Origin: Candidatus Bathyarchaeota archaeon
Lineage (GTDB): Archaea > Thermoproteota > Bathyarchaeia > Bathyarchaeales > Bathycorpusculaceae
Direction: 5' to 3'
DNA length: 64,000 nucleotides
Assembly: GCA_963827165.1 (NCBI GenBank)
Contig: CAWGZR010000005.1
Coordinates: 768,001-832,000 of the forward strand
Position 1 is the stretch's first letter; each line of letters begins with the position of its first letter. Under the pieces are notes generated by a model. It was not told where the DNA came from. It searched no databases and worked only from the letters and a program-made list of their open reading frames with translations. Made by a program: the position numbers and the translations under genes. Of the stretch, positions 37,995-48,140 are shown in pieces.

Positions 37995-39239
37995 ATGGAG
38001 ACAACTGGCTGTAAAATGATTGTCGTTAAATTCGGGGGTTCCAGCCTTGCGGATCACGAGCGGCTCTTAAAAGCAGTGGTTGCCGTCGTTAACGAAGCCA
38101 AGAAGGGCACTCGGGTCGCCGTTGTAGTGTCCGCTATGGGTAAAACCACCGATGTTCTTATGGCGACGGCGAAGAACGCTTCCAATGGGAAACTGGAGAA
38201 AAAAGACCTCGATGACATTCTCTCAATGGGTGAACGAACCAGCATCAGAATCTTTTCGACCGCGTTGAAAACAAACGGGGTCGAATCCTGCTACTTCGAC
38301 CCAATCGACAGCAACTGGCCAATAATAACTGATTCCGCCTTCCAAAACGCCAACCCAATCCTTACAGACTGCGAAAAAAACATCCGCCAATGCGTGTTAC
38401 CGGTGATGGAAAAAGGCGTGATTCCCGTAGTTGCGGGTTTTTTGGGCAAAACCAAAGACGGCAAAATAACGACTTTGGGAAGAGGAGGAAGCGACACAAC
38501 AGCGTTTGTGCTGGCCGAAGCGTTGGGAGCCGACGAAATCATTTTGGTTACCGATGCTGATGGCATAATGTCTGCTGATCCCAAAATTCTGTCGAACGTT
38601 CAGCGACTCAAAGAAGTCGATGTGAACACGTTAGTCGGACTTGCTGATTCAGGAGCCAAATTCATCCATAGCAAAGCCTTAAAATACAAACCCAAAAACA
38701 TCAATGTCCGTGTCATTAATCACGCCAGTGGAAGCCTTTCCGAGGAAGGCACCTTGGTCACGGGTGGCTTGGCCACGGAGCTTGACGCTGAACTCGCGCA
38801 TCCTTTCCCAGTCGCTGAAATAACGGTGATAGGAAACGGCATTTCAGCCAACCCTCAAATCATTCAGGAAATGATTGAGAAAACCAAGCGGCACTCGCTG
38901 CTTTTAGGTATGTCAATGAACACCAACTCCGTCATCCTCTATGTTTCTCAAGAGAAAAACCTGGATGGCCTTTTCAACGACGTCCACAATATAGTAAAAA
39001 GCAATACAGAAACCATTGCGATGGCGGTCAAGAAAGACCTTGTCTTCATCAAAACAAGTGGTGTTGGCTTGGAAGAAACGCAAGGCATCATCGGAAAAAT
39101 CAGCGAGGATTTGCGGGTTGGCGGCATAAACATTTCAGGCATCTTAACGATAACATCTAGTATTCTCCTTTTTATGGATTGGAGTGAACGGGAAAAAGCC
39201 CTCAAACTGATTAAAAACTCTTTAAGGAGCGCTAAGTAA
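37995..39239 (+). CDS. lysC: Aspartate kinase (start may be 38016)
   Basis: VVKFGGSS, VVSAMG.TTD, TTLGRGGSD.TA, C-terminal ACT-like domains. Confidence 0.93.
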   Translation: METTGCKMIVVKFGGSSLADHERLLKAVVAVVNEAKKGTRVAVVVSAMGKTTDVLMATAKNASNGKLEKKDLDDILSMGERTSIRIFSTALKTNGVESCYFDPIDSNWPIITDSAFQNANPILTDCEKNIRQCVLPVMEKGVIPVVAGFLGKTKDGKITTLGRGGSDTTAFVLAEALGADEIILVTDADGIMSADPKILSNVQRLKEVDVNTLVGLADSGAKFIHSKALKYKPKNINVRVINHASGSLSEEGTLVTGGLATELDAELAHPFPVAEITVIGNGISANPQIIQEMIEKTKRHSLLLGMSMNTNSVILYVSQEKNLDGLFNDVHNIVKSNTETIAMAVKKDLVFIKTSGVGLEETQGIIGKISEDLRVGGINISGILTITSSILLFMDWSEREKALKLIKNSLRSAK

Positions 39240-39248
39240 GGTGGAAAT

Positions 39249-40040
39249 ATGAATCAAGGAAAAACTCGAAGACTAAAAAGAATCATGCAGCAAGACAACC
39301 GCACAGTAATCGTGCCAATGGATCACGGAGTAACAATCGGGCCTATCCAAGGCTTAGCCAATATGCAGCAAATAATCAACCAGCTCATGAAAGGGGGAGT
39401 CGACGCTCTCCTTGTTCACAAAGGCATCGCCAAGCACACTGACATCGGAAACACAGGATTAATCGTTATGCTGTCTGGCATGTCCAACCTTAGCCCTAAC
39501 GTAAACGGCAAAGTCCAAGTGTGCAGCGTGCGGGAAGCCATCCGTATAGGGGCAGACGCGGTTTCCGTGCATGTTAACGTCGGCGCCCAAGACGAGGATA
39601 AAATGCTTTTCAACCTTGGCAAAGTTGCTGACGAATGCGAAGTTTACGGAATGCCGCTGCTTGCCATGATGTATCCTCGGGGACCCAAAATACAGAATGA
39701 ACATGCACCCGACCTTGTTGCGCATGCAGCACGAATCGGCGCTGAACTTGGTGCAGACATCATAAAAGCAAACTTCACAGGAAACATAGAAACATTCAAA
39801 ACAGTCGTGGAAAGCTGCCCAGTTCCAGTTGTGATAGCAGGAGGACCAAAATGCAAGACCTCTGAAGAGGTTCTGCAAACCACTCGCGATGCAATTTCAG
39901 CAGGGGCTTCAGGGCTTTCAATCGGACGCAACGTCTTCCAACATGAAAACCCCGCTCAAATCGTTAAGGCGCTTTCAGCAATCGTTCACGCCAGCGCCAG
40001 CGTGCAGGAAGCGCTCAAAATCCTCGGTGAGAAAGCTTGA
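39249..40040 (+). CDS. 2-amino-3,7-dideoxy-D-threo-hept-6-ulosonate synthase (class I aldolase, AroA')
   Basis: PMDHG, MMYPRG, ELGADIIK, IAGGP, GRNVFQ; adjacent to AroB'. Confidence 0.9.
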   Translation: MNQGKTRRLKRIMQQDNRTVIVPMDHGVTIGPIQGLANMQQIINQLMKGGVDALLVHKGIAKHTDIGNTGLIVMLSGMSNLSPNVNGKVQVCSVREAIRIGADAVSVHVNVGAQDEDKMLFNLGKVADECEVYGMPLLAMMYPRGPKIQNEHAPDLVAHAARIGAELGADIIKANFTGNIETFKTVVESCPVPVVIAGGPKCKTSEEVLQTTRDAISAGASGLSIGRNVFQHENPAQIVKALSAIVHASASVQEALKILGEKA

Positions 40041-41080
40041 AGGAACTCTGGGTTGAAATCGAGCAAGCAGCTTCACAGCAAGAAAAAGAAAACTTGCTGA
40101 GTACCGCACATGAAAGCGCGGATGTAGTTCTCGAAGGGGCAGAAGCTAGTACTCGTCAAGGCAAAATAGACATAGTATTCCTCGCTGAGCTAAACGAAAA
40201 AAAGATTTCTCAAGCCAAAACTGACGGCAGAAAAACCGCCGTTAAAATTAATATAAGAGGGAAAGAAGACGAGAACCGGGCTGCCAAAGCCGCTGAGTTA
40301 GGTGTCGACTACATAATTATTGCCACCAACGATTGGCGAGTCATACCATTGGAGAACTTAATTGCTAAGGCGCATGGGGGCAAAAGCAAACTAGTAGCAG
40401 AAGTCGCTACCGCGCAGGATGCCAAAGTTGTCCTTGAAGCCTTAGAGCTGGGAACAGACGGTGTACTGCTTAAAACCTCAAATTCAAACGAACTCGCCAA
40501 AACAGTGAAACTTGTCAAAGGGCAGATGCCTAAGGTGGAGTTAACAACCGCGAAAGTTCTCTCCATCCAACCAATCGGCACAGGCGCCAGGGTCTGCGTA
40601 GACACAGTTGATTTAATGGCTCCCGGCGAAGGAATGCTTGTCGGCTGCCAATCCGCGGGGTTCTTTCTGGTGGAAGCTGAAGTGAACGAGAATCCGTATG
40701 TGCAATCTAGACCTTTTCGCGTGAACGCGGGGCCAGCGTCACATTACACGTTAACGTCGCTGCAAAGCACCAGGTACTTGTCTGAACTGAAGGCAGGCGA
40801 CGAAGTCTTAATCGTCAACAGAGAAGGAAAAGTTAGAATAACCAATGTTGGAAGGTCAAAAATAGAGTTCCGACCGCTGATCCTCATTGAAGCGCAAGCG
40901 GACGACGCAAAAATAAAAACCATATTGCAAAACGCTGAAACCATCCGCCTAGTAACGCCCAAAGCATCCAAACCCGTCACCGAACTGAAAGTCAACGATG
41001 AAGTCCTTGTCCATTTAGCCGCGAAGGGTGGCAGACACTTCGGCGTTTCCGTGCCAGAAGAAACGGTGATTGAGAAGTGA
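40037..41080 (+). CDS. 3-dehydroquinate synthase II (AroB')
   Basis: W.VIPLEN, RVCVDT, RPFRVNAG, YLSEL..G, LQNAETIRL, RHFG. Confidence 0.93.
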   Translation: MKELWVEIEQAASQQEKENLLSTAHESADVVLEGAEASTRQGKIDIVFLAELNEKKISQAKTDGRKTAVKINIRGKEDENRAAKAAELGVDYIIIATNDWRVIPLENLIAKAHGGKSKLVAEVATAQDAKVVLEALELGTDGVLLKTSNSNELAKTVKLVKGQMPKVELTTAKVLSIQPIGTGARVCVDTVDLMAPGEGMLVGCQSAGFFLVEAEVNENPYVQSRPFRVNAGPASHYTLTSLQSTRYLSELKAGDEVLIVNREGKVRITNVGRSKIEFRPLILIEAQADDAKIKTILQNAETIRLVTPKASKPVTELKVNDEVLVHLAAKGGRHFGVSVPEETVIEK

Positions 41081-41760
41081 CCATGAGAATTTGCGTTTCA
41101 ATCCTACCGAAAAACTGCTTAGAGGCATTAGATCTCATTAAATGTGCAGAAACAGCCAAAGCCGACCTCATCGAAGTTAGGTTGGACCATCTCGAAATAT
41201 CCACAAACCTAAAGGAAATTACCAAGAGCACAAAAATACCGTTAATCGCGACCCGTAAGCTGACTAGCGAGAACGGTTTTTTTTCTGGAACGGAAGCTGA
41301 AAAGGAACAAAGTCTTCTGAACGCTGCTGAAAACGGTTTCGAGTATGTTGACGTTGATCTGTCAAGCCCAAACCATCAGGAAACAGCCGAAAAAATTAAG
41401 CAATTAGGCAGAAAACTTATCCTTTCCTACCACAAATCCGACGGTACCTTAAGCTGCTCTGCACTGGAGAATATTCTGGACGAAGAAATCTCCTGCGGCG
41501 CCAACGTCTGCAAAATCGTGGTAACAGCTAAGAAAATCGAGGACAACTTGGCAATGCTTAATTTCGTTGCTTCCCATTCAAGCAAAGCTAAACTTGTCTG
41601 TTTTTGCATGGGTGAAGCGGGCAAGGTTTCAAGGCTTCTTTCCCCGATGTTCGGTGCCTTCTTCACTTTTGCTTCGCTTGAACAGGGCAGCGAAACGGCG
41701 AAAGGGCAAATGTCGATTAGCGAAATGAAAACTGCATACGACCTCTTAGGAGGACCTTGA
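41077..41760 (+). CDS. aroD: Type I 3-dehydroquinate dehydratase
   Basis: EVRLD, YVDVD, LSYH, CKIV, MG..G..SR. Confidence 0.92.
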   Translation: MTMRICVSILPKNCLEALDLIKCAETAKADLIEVRLDHLEISTNLKEITKSTKIPLIATRKLTSENGFFSGTEAEKEQSLLNAAENGFEYVDVDLSSPNHQETAEKIKQLGRKLILSYHKSDGTLSCSALENILDEEISCGANVCKIVVTAKKIEDNLAMLNFVASHSSKAKLVCFCMGEAGKVSRLLSPMFGAFFTFASLEQGSETAKGQMSISEMKTAYDLLGGP

Positions 41761-41763
41761 GAG

Positions 41764-42630
41764 ATGCTTGTTTCAGGGAAAACCAAGATTTTCGGAGTAA
41801 TCGGAGACCCCATTGAGCACAGCCTAAGCCCAATCATCCAAAATGCAGCGTTTGCAGCCTCAAAACTTGACTGCGCTTTCTTGGCGTTTAAAGTAAAAGA
41901 CTCTGAGTTGGGAAAAGCCCTGGATGGCGTACGAGGGTTAGACATTCAAGGGCTCAATGTCACTATGCCGCATAAAACCGGTATTCTCGGCTTCTTAGAT
42001 GAAGTTGATCAGACAGCCAAGCTATTGAAGGCAGTTAACACGGTTAAGAACAAGGAAGGAAAACTCTTAGGGTTCAATACTGACGGTGCCGGCGCAACGG
42101 CAGCGCTAAGAGAAAACGGCGTTGAGCTCAAAGGCAAAAAAATAATGTTACTTGGGGCAGGTGGGGCTGCGAGGGCAATAGGTTTTGCATTGGCTGAGCA
42201 AGCGGGCGAGCTTTCAATTTTGAATCGGTCAATTCAGCCTGCCGCCGAGTTGGCTGAACTAGTTTATCACGAGTTCAATACCAAGGTTTTCGCATACACA
42301 CTTTCACCGTTGACAGTTAGAGGAACTCTTATTGATGCTGACCTGTTGATTAATGCTACTTCAGTCGGGATGGAGCCAAACGACAAAGAAAACATAGTGG
42401 ATCCCAGGTGGCTTAAGTCTGACTTGGTGGTAATGGATATAGTGTACAACCCTATTGAAACCCGACTTGCGAAAAACGCGAAGAAGGCAGGCGCAAAAGT
42501 CGTCAGCGGTATTGAAATGCTGATTTATCAGGGGGCGGCATCGTTTGAAATATGGACTGGTCAAAAGGCGCCAATTGGAGTTATGAGAGAGGCAGCGTTT
42601 AATCATTTGGAGAAGGAGCAGAAGAGTTGA
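41764..42630 (+). CDS. aroE: Shikimate dehydrogenase
   Basis: HSLSP, NVTMPHK, NTD, GAGGAARA, NATSVGM, DIVYNP. Confidence 0.95.
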   Translation: MLVSGKTKIFGVIGDPIEHSLSPIIQNAAFAASKLDCAFLAFKVKDSELGKALDGVRGLDIQGLNVTMPHKTGILGFLDEVDQTAKLLKAVNTVKNKEGKLLGFNTDGAGATAALRENGVELKGKKIMLLGAGGAARAIGFALAEQAGELSILNRSIQPAAELAELVYHEFNTKVFAYTLSPLTVRGTLIDADLLINATSVGMEPNDKENIVDPRWLKSDLVVMDIVYNPIETRLAKNAKKAGAKVVSGIEMLIYQGAASFEIWTGQKAPIGVMREAAFNHLEKEQKS

Positions 42631-43496
42631 TGGGGCAAGCTACGGCTATTGCGTATGGCGCTGCGACGATTGTTAACGCGATGGCGACCGGGAAAGGCGC
42701 CGCTTTTGGAGTTGATCTGTACACAAAGGCACAGGTAAAATTGATTGATGATCCTTCGATTATCAAAGCGGAGATAGCTTCTGACCCCAAAGAAAGCACC
42801 CTTCTGATGGAGAAAACTGTCGCTCGGGTTCTACAACGATTCAATGCAGAAAAGAGGTTCGGTGTAAAAGTTAAAACTTGGTCAAACATCCCCATTGCCC
42901 GAGGACTTAAAAGCAGCAGTGCAGCAGCGAACGCGGTGGCTTTGGCGACTACGGCGGCGCTTGGTGAAATGGAAGATGACTTTAGAATTATCAATTTGGG
43001 TGTGGATGCCGCTTTCGACGCGAAAGTTACGGTTACAGGAGCTTTCGATGATGCGTGCGCTTCTTATTTTGGCGGCGTAGTCCTTACTGATAACTTGGAA
43101 CGGAAAATTGTTGGGCAGTTGTCGCTTCCTGACGATTTAGTCGTGCTTTTTCACGTTCCTCCAAGGAAAGCCTATTCGGCTGACTCGAACATTGAAAGGC
43201 TTAAAAACATGACATCGCTGGTTCAGGTTGCTTACGAGGAGGCTTTAGCGGGAAAGTTTTGGGAGGCTTTGACGCTTAACGGTTTACTTTACTCCTCTGC
43301 TTGGGGGTACGACTCATCAATCGCAATTGACGCATTAGCTGCTGGAGCAGTGGCGGCTGGGCTTTGTGGTAAAGGTCCCGCAGTGACTGCTGTTATGCCT
43401 AAAGATAAGGTTGATTCGGTGAGGGCTGCATTTCAAAATTTCGGCGGCGAAGTCTTACAGGCCGGTTTCAACCGGGAAAAAGCAAAGGTGATTTAG
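42627..43496 (+). CDS. aroK: Archaeal shikimate kinase (GHMP family)
   Basis: NA.ATGKG, GLKSSSA, TGAFDDA. Confidence 0.93.
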   Translation: MMGQATAIAYGAATIVNAMATGKGAAFGVDLYTKAQVKLIDDPSIIKAEIASDPKESTLLMEKTVARVLQRFNAEKRFGVKVKTWSNIPIARGLKSSSAAANAVALATTAALGEMEDDFRIINLGVDAAFDAKVTVTGAFDDACASYFGGVVLTDNLERKIVGQLSLPDDLVVLFHVPPRKAYSADSNIERLKNMTSLVQVAYEEALAGKFWEALTLNGLLYSSAWGYDSSIAIDALAAGAVAAGLCGKGPAVTAVMPKDKVDSVRAAFQNFGGEVLQAGFNREKAKVI

Positions 43497-43498
43497 TA

Positions 43499-44803
43499 AT
43501 GGTGGATGTAATCGTTAAAAAATCTGAAAAGCTCAGCGGAGAAATCTGCGCTCCCCCCTCAAAATCCTACACTCAGCGGATGCTTATCGCAGCGGCTCTG
43601 TCCAACGGCACAGGTAAAGTGTCAAACCCGCTTCTTTCGGATGATACGGAAGCAACCCTGCGCGCGATAACGTCTTTGGGCTCTGAAATAACGTTTGAGG
43701 AAAACTGTTGGGCCGTCAAAGGTGCAGCTCCGATTAAAAACGCGAAATCACTTGTCGACTGCGGAGAATCTGGAGCAACATTGCGCTTCATGATACCCAT
43801 AGCTGCCTTGGCGAGTGAGCCCTCAATTCTCCTTTTCCGAGGTTCTCTTGACCGCAGACCTATTGAACCTCTAATAAAAAGCCTAGATGACTTGGGCGCC
43901 AAGGTTCATTTGAAGAAATTCGGAGATAAAGATGCGGTGGTTGTCGAGGGCGGCGGAATCCTCGGAGGCCAAACCTCTATCCGCGGAGATGTTAGTTCTC
44001 AGTTTATTTCAGGCTTAATGTTTGCTTGTCCGATGGCGAAGGTGGATACCGAAATCGTGCTCGAAACGCCCTTGGAGTCTGTTGGATACGCAAAAATGAC
44101 TTGGGATGTACTTTCGAAGCACGGGGTTAGAGTGGACGTTTACGGCAACTTCGAGCGCCTCTTAATCCCTGCCAACCAAAACTTCAAGCCTATCGACTGC
44201 AGAGTGCCCGGTGACTTCTCCTCAGCCGCATTTCTCCTTGCAGCCGCAGCCGTCACTAACTCGAAAGTTCAAGTAGACGACCTCGATTACGCGAACACTC
44301 AGGGCGACAAAGCCATTCTAGGAATCCTTAAACAGATGGGTGCAGCGGGGAAAGTGTGCGAAAACAGAGTGGAAATAGACGGCTTGGGCACCCCCCTTGA
44401 GCCCTTGAACCTTGACGCAAAAAACATTCCTGACCTTGTTCCAGTTTGCACGGCTCTCGCATGCTTTGCTAAAGGCACCTCAAAAATAACCGGCGCGAAA
44501 AGGCTCAGGTTCAAAGAGTCAGACAGGCTGCAATCCCTGCAAGCCGAATTCTCAAAGATGGGTGCGGAGATAGAAGTAGACTCGGATGGGTTAACCATTA
44601 AAGGTAACTCTGCCTTGCACGGCGCCGTAATCGACTCCCACAATGACCATCGTGTGGCGATGGCTTGCGCTGTTGCTGCTCTTTGCGCTGAAAAGCAAAC
44701 TATCATTCAAAACGCACAGTGCGTCAGAAAGTCTTATCCGCAGTTCTTCCTTCATTTGAAACAGTTAGGAGCGGAAATCGTTGGCGGGAAATTCGACAGG
44801 TAA
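43499..44803 (+). CDS. aroA: EPSP synthase
   Basis: PPSKS, ESGATLR, SSQFISG, PGDFSSA, KESDR, DHRVAM. Confidence 0.95.
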   Translation: MVDVIVKKSEKLSGEICAPPSKSYTQRMLIAAALSNGTGKVSNPLLSDDTEATLRAITSLGSEITFEENCWAVKGAAPIKNAKSLVDCGESGATLRFMIPIAALASEPSILLFRGSLDRRPIEPLIKSLDDLGAKVHLKKFGDKDAVVVEGGGILGGQTSIRGDVSSQFISGLMFACPMAKVDTEIVLETPLESVGYAKMTWDVLSKHGVRVDVYGNFERLLIPANQNFKPIDCRVPGDFSSAAFLLAAAAVTNSKVQVDDLDYANTQGDKAILGILKQMGAAGKVCENRVEIDGLGTPLEPLNLDAKNIPDLVPVCTALACFAKGTSKITGAKRLRFKESDRLQSLQAEFSKMGAEIEVDSDGLTIKGNSALHGAVIDSHNDHRVAMACAVAALCAEKQTIIQNAQCVRKSYPQFFLHLKQLGAEIVGGKFDR

Positions 44804-45893
44804 AGAATTTGTAGTTACCACTTTCGGCGAAAGTCACGGCAAAGTCGTAGGAGTCTTGATAGATGGTTGCCCAGCAGGCTTACCCATATCTGAGGCTGAC
44901 ATTTTGGCCGAGTTGGACAGACGCATCCCCGCTGACCCTAAAATAGTCTCCAGCAGAATTGAAAAAGACGTTCCCAAAATTCTTTCAGGCGTTTTTAACG
45001 GCTTCACGACTGGCGCTCCAATAGCCGTTACCGTTGAAAACAAAGAGGTAGAATCAGCGGATTACGAAGCAATCAAGGATTTACCCCGTCCTGGGCACGC
45101 GGATTACCCAGCGAAAGTTCGATATGGCGGGTTTAACGATTACCGCGGTGGCGGCCGCTTCAGCGGAAGAGTTACAGTTGCTTTGATAATGGCTGGAGCC
45201 ATAGCCAAAAAACTGCTAAGCCGCTTCGACATTGACGTTTTAGCATATACAAGAGCCATAGGCAAAGTTAGAAGCGACAAGAAGTTCAGCACCCAAGAAA
45301 TCGAAAGGAATCGCTACGCCGTGACAACGCGATGTCCTGACCCTAAATGTGGAGAAAGAATGGAGCAAGCCATTGTTGACGCTAGAAGAGAGAGCGAAAG
45401 CATCGGCGGAGTAATTGAATGCATCGTTCTTAACGTTCCAGCGGGGGTTGGCGAGCCAATGTTTGATTCGCTTGACGCCGACTTATCTAAAGCTTTGATT
45501 AATGTGCCCGCCGTTAAGGGTGTGGAGTTCGGGTTGGGCTTCGAGATCACCGAGTTAAAAGGCTCAGAAAGTAACGATGCATACGTAATGCAAAATGGCA
45601 AAGTCACAACTTCAACGAATAACATGGGTGGAATCTTGGGCGGCTTATCCAACGGCATGCCCATCATTATGCGCGTGGCAATTAAGCCGACGCCTTCCAT
45701 CTTCAAAACACAGAAAACCATTGATCTATCAAGCATGGAAGAAACATCTGTAAGCGTCAATGGCAGGCACGACCCATGCGTGGTTCCAAAAGCCGTCCCC
45801 GCCGTGGAAGCCGCCGTTGCTGTGACGTTAGCTGACCACATGATTCGTGTAGGTTTCATACCGAAAATCTTGGAGGCAAAGAAAAAATGTTAG
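44781..45893 (+). CDS. aroC: Chorismate synthase
   Basis: FGESHG, RPGHAD, GGGRFSGR, KPTPSI, RHDPC. Confidence 0.96.
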   Translation: MAGNSTGKEFVVTTFGESHGKVVGVLIDGCPAGLPISEADILAELDRRIPADPKIVSSRIEKDVPKILSGVFNGFTTGAPIAVTVENKEVESADYEAIKDLPRPGHADYPAKVRYGGFNDYRGGGRFSGRVTVALIMAGAIAKKLLSRFDIDVLAYTRAIGKVRSDKKFSTQEIERNRYAVTTRCPDPKCGERMEQAIVDARRESESIGGVIECIVLNVPAGVGEPMFDSLDADLSKALINVPAVKGVEFGLGFEITELKGSESNDAYVMQNGKVTTSTNNMGGILGGLSNGMPIIMRVAIKPTPSIFKTQKTIDLSSMEETSVSVNGRHDPCVVPKAVPAVEAAVAVTLADHMIRVGFIPKILEAKKKC

Positions 45894-46150
45894 ACGAGCT
45901 TGAACTTTACAGAAAAGAAGTTGACCAAGTTGACGATTTGATTTTGAAATCGTTGACTGAAAGAGTCAAGATATGCATGGCGATAGGTTTGTTGAAGAAA
46001 AAGCGTGGACTGCCAGTTAAAGATATTTCCCGAGAAAATGATGTTTACAAAAAGGTAAAGGCGAAATCTGCCAAATTGTGCCTGGATTCCGCGAGGGTTG
46101 AGGCAGTTTACCGCGAAATAGTTAATATGTGCAGTGCAGTTCAAGAGTAA
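45887..46150 (+). CDS. aroQ: Chorismate mutase, AroQ type
   Basis: L..YR.E.D..D..I...L.ER, D..RE. Confidence 0.88.
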   Translation: MLDELELYRKEVDQVDDLILKSLTERVKICMAIGLLKKKRGLPVKDISRENDVYKKVKAKSAKLCLDSARVEAVYREIVNMCSAVQE

Positions 46151-46180
46151 GAAATAATCTGAAAAGGAAAGTTTACGGTA

Positions 46181-47260
46181 ATGCTCTACGAAATAAACGA
46201 GAAAGCCATAAGACTTGAGAACGAAGGAAAGAAAATAATCCGCTTAAACTTAGGTGACCCGGACCTTGCAACGCCACCTGAAATAGTGGAAGCTGCGTAC
46301 GCCGCAATGAAGGCAGGCAAAACAAAGTATGCCTCAGCTTACGGCGAAGAAAAATTAAGGCAGAAACTCGCGAAGATTCATGGAGTTAAACCAGAGAACG
46401 TAGTTATTACGCCTGGTTCAAAATGGGGCGTTTTCGCCACGTTATATCTGACGATGAAAGGCGGCGGCAACATCATCGTTCCCACACCTTACTGGACCGC
46501 CTACGATTTGATGGCTAAAAGCCTCGGTGCCGAAACAAGACTGTTGAGAACCGAAATGGAAAACGGCTGGAAAGTGGATTTGGGCAAGCTTGAAGCCACG
46601 ATTGACAAAGACACAAAAATGATTATACTCAATAACCCCAATAATCCAACAAGCAAAGTCATGGATCCCAAAACCTTAGACGGTATAGTGGAAATCGCCA
46701 ACAAGAGGGGTATAACCATCCTTTCAGACGAAGTTTACGGTCCAATTAGCTTTGTAAAAACAAAAAGCATCCTTGAATATGACGGCAACAACACCCATAT
46801 TCTCTCAAACGGCTTCTCAAAAATGTTCACAATGACAGGCTGGCGAATCGGCTACATAATAGCAAACAAGCCGCTAATCGACAACATAACAAAACTGAAC
46901 CAAATTACCATAAACAACGTTCCTGTTTTCATACAGGAAGCAGCTTTGAAAGGGCTTGAAATGCAGAAGAGCCTGACCAAAACAATAGAAACCGAATATG
47001 AGGAACGCGCAAAGATGGCGTGTAAAACCTTGGCGAAAGCAGGGCTATCCTTCACCGAACCCGAAGCACCCTTCTACGTGTTTCCCAAACGCAAAGGCTT
47101 AGACTCCGAAAAATTCGCGTTAAAACTGCTTGACAAAGGCGTGGCCGTTGCACCCGGAACCTCTTTCGGAGACTACCGAGAACATTTCCGCATCTCCCTA
47201 ACCGCGCCCAGAGAAGAAATCACGATCGGATTGGATAAAATAAGCGAGGCGCTTAAATGA
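46181..47260 (+). CDS. Class I/II PLP aminotransferase (aspartate/aromatic)
   Basis: G.PD, NNPNNPT, DEVY, SK.F.MTGWRIG. Confidence 0.92.
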   Translation: MLYEINEKAIRLENEGKKIIRLNLGDPDLATPPEIVEAAYAAMKAGKTKYASAYGEEKLRQKLAKIHGVKPENVVITPGSKWGVFATLYLTMKGGGNIIVPTPYWTAYDLMAKSLGAETRLLRTEMENGWKVDLGKLEATIDKDTKMIILNNPNNPTSKVMDPKTLDGIVEIANKRGITILSDEVYGPISFVKTKSILEYDGNNTHILSNGFSKMFTMTGWRIGYIIANKPLIDNITKLNQITINNVPVFIQEAALKGLEMQKSLTKTIETEYEERAKMACKTLAKAGLSFTEPEAPFYVFPKRKGLDSEKFALKLLDKGVAVAPGTSFGDYREHFRISLTAPREEITIGLDKISEALK

Positions 47261-48132
47261 AAACCGCCGTTCTCGGCGCGGGAAAAATGGGTGTTTGGTT
47301 CGCAAAATTTTGCGAAGAGAACGGCGATAGCGTAATCCTGTCAGATAGAAAATCTGAGAAGCTGACGAAACTTGGTAAAGAGTTAGGGGTCGAAACCACT
47401 ACTAACTTCGTGGAAGCGGCTAAGGTAGCTGACGAAATAATGATTTGTGTTTCAATCAGCAGCTTCGAAGAAGTTGTAAAAAAAATAGGCCCACATATTC
47501 ATGATGGGCAAGTGGTTACTGACATATGCTCAATCAAAGAGTACCCCGTCAAAGTCATGCATGAGTACATCAAGCACGGCTTGGTTTTAGGTACTCACCC
47601 CGTTTTCGGTCCGGGAAGCAAAGGCGTAAAACACAAAGCTTACGTGCTTACCCCAACGTCTCCCGAGGAGGAGAAATATGCCGACGGCTTCAAAAGGTGG
47701 CTGGAAAAAGAAGAAGCACACGTTTTTGTGATGACGCCTCAGAAACATGACCAACTCATGTCCGTCGTTCTAGGACTGCCTCATTTCCTCGGATTAGCTG
47801 CCTGCGAAACCCTTCTCGAACAAAAGGACTTCCCTGAAACCAAGAAGATGGCAGGGACAACTTACCGCATGCTATTTACTCTTGCAGAGGTAGCCGCTCT
47901 TGAAACTCCTGACCTATACGCTAACCTGCAGATGAAGCTGCCTGAGATGGGAAAAATCGAAGACCTCTACATCGCCAAGGCGCAGGAGTGGCTGGACTTG
48001 CTTAAGAAAAAGGACCCGTTGGTCATCATTAACCGAATGGAGCAGCTCAGAGCTAAGCTGCTGAAAGCTGACCCAAACTTCGTCGAATCCTACGAAATCA
48101 TGTACCGAATGCTTGAAGCGACGGAAAAGTAG
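47257..48132 (+). CDS. tyrA: Prephenate/arogenate dehydrogenase
   Basis: GAGKMG, D.CSIK, HPVFGP, HD..M..V.GL.H. Confidence 0.92.
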   Translation: MKTAVLGAGKMGVWFAKFCEENGDSVILSDRKSEKLTKLGKELGVETTTNFVEAAKVADEIMICVSISSFEEVVKKIGPHIHDGQVVTDICSIKEYPVKVMHEYIKHGLVLGTHPVFGPGSKGVKHKAYVLTPTSPEEEKYADGFKRWLEKEEAHVFVMTPQKHDQLMSVVLGLPHFLGLAACETLLEQKDFPETKKMAGTTYRMLFTLAEVAALETPDLYANLQMKLPEMGKIEDLYIAKAQEWLDLLKKKDPLVIINRMEQLRAKLLKADPNFVESYEIMYRMLEATEK

Positions 48133-48140
48133 GAAGTTAG

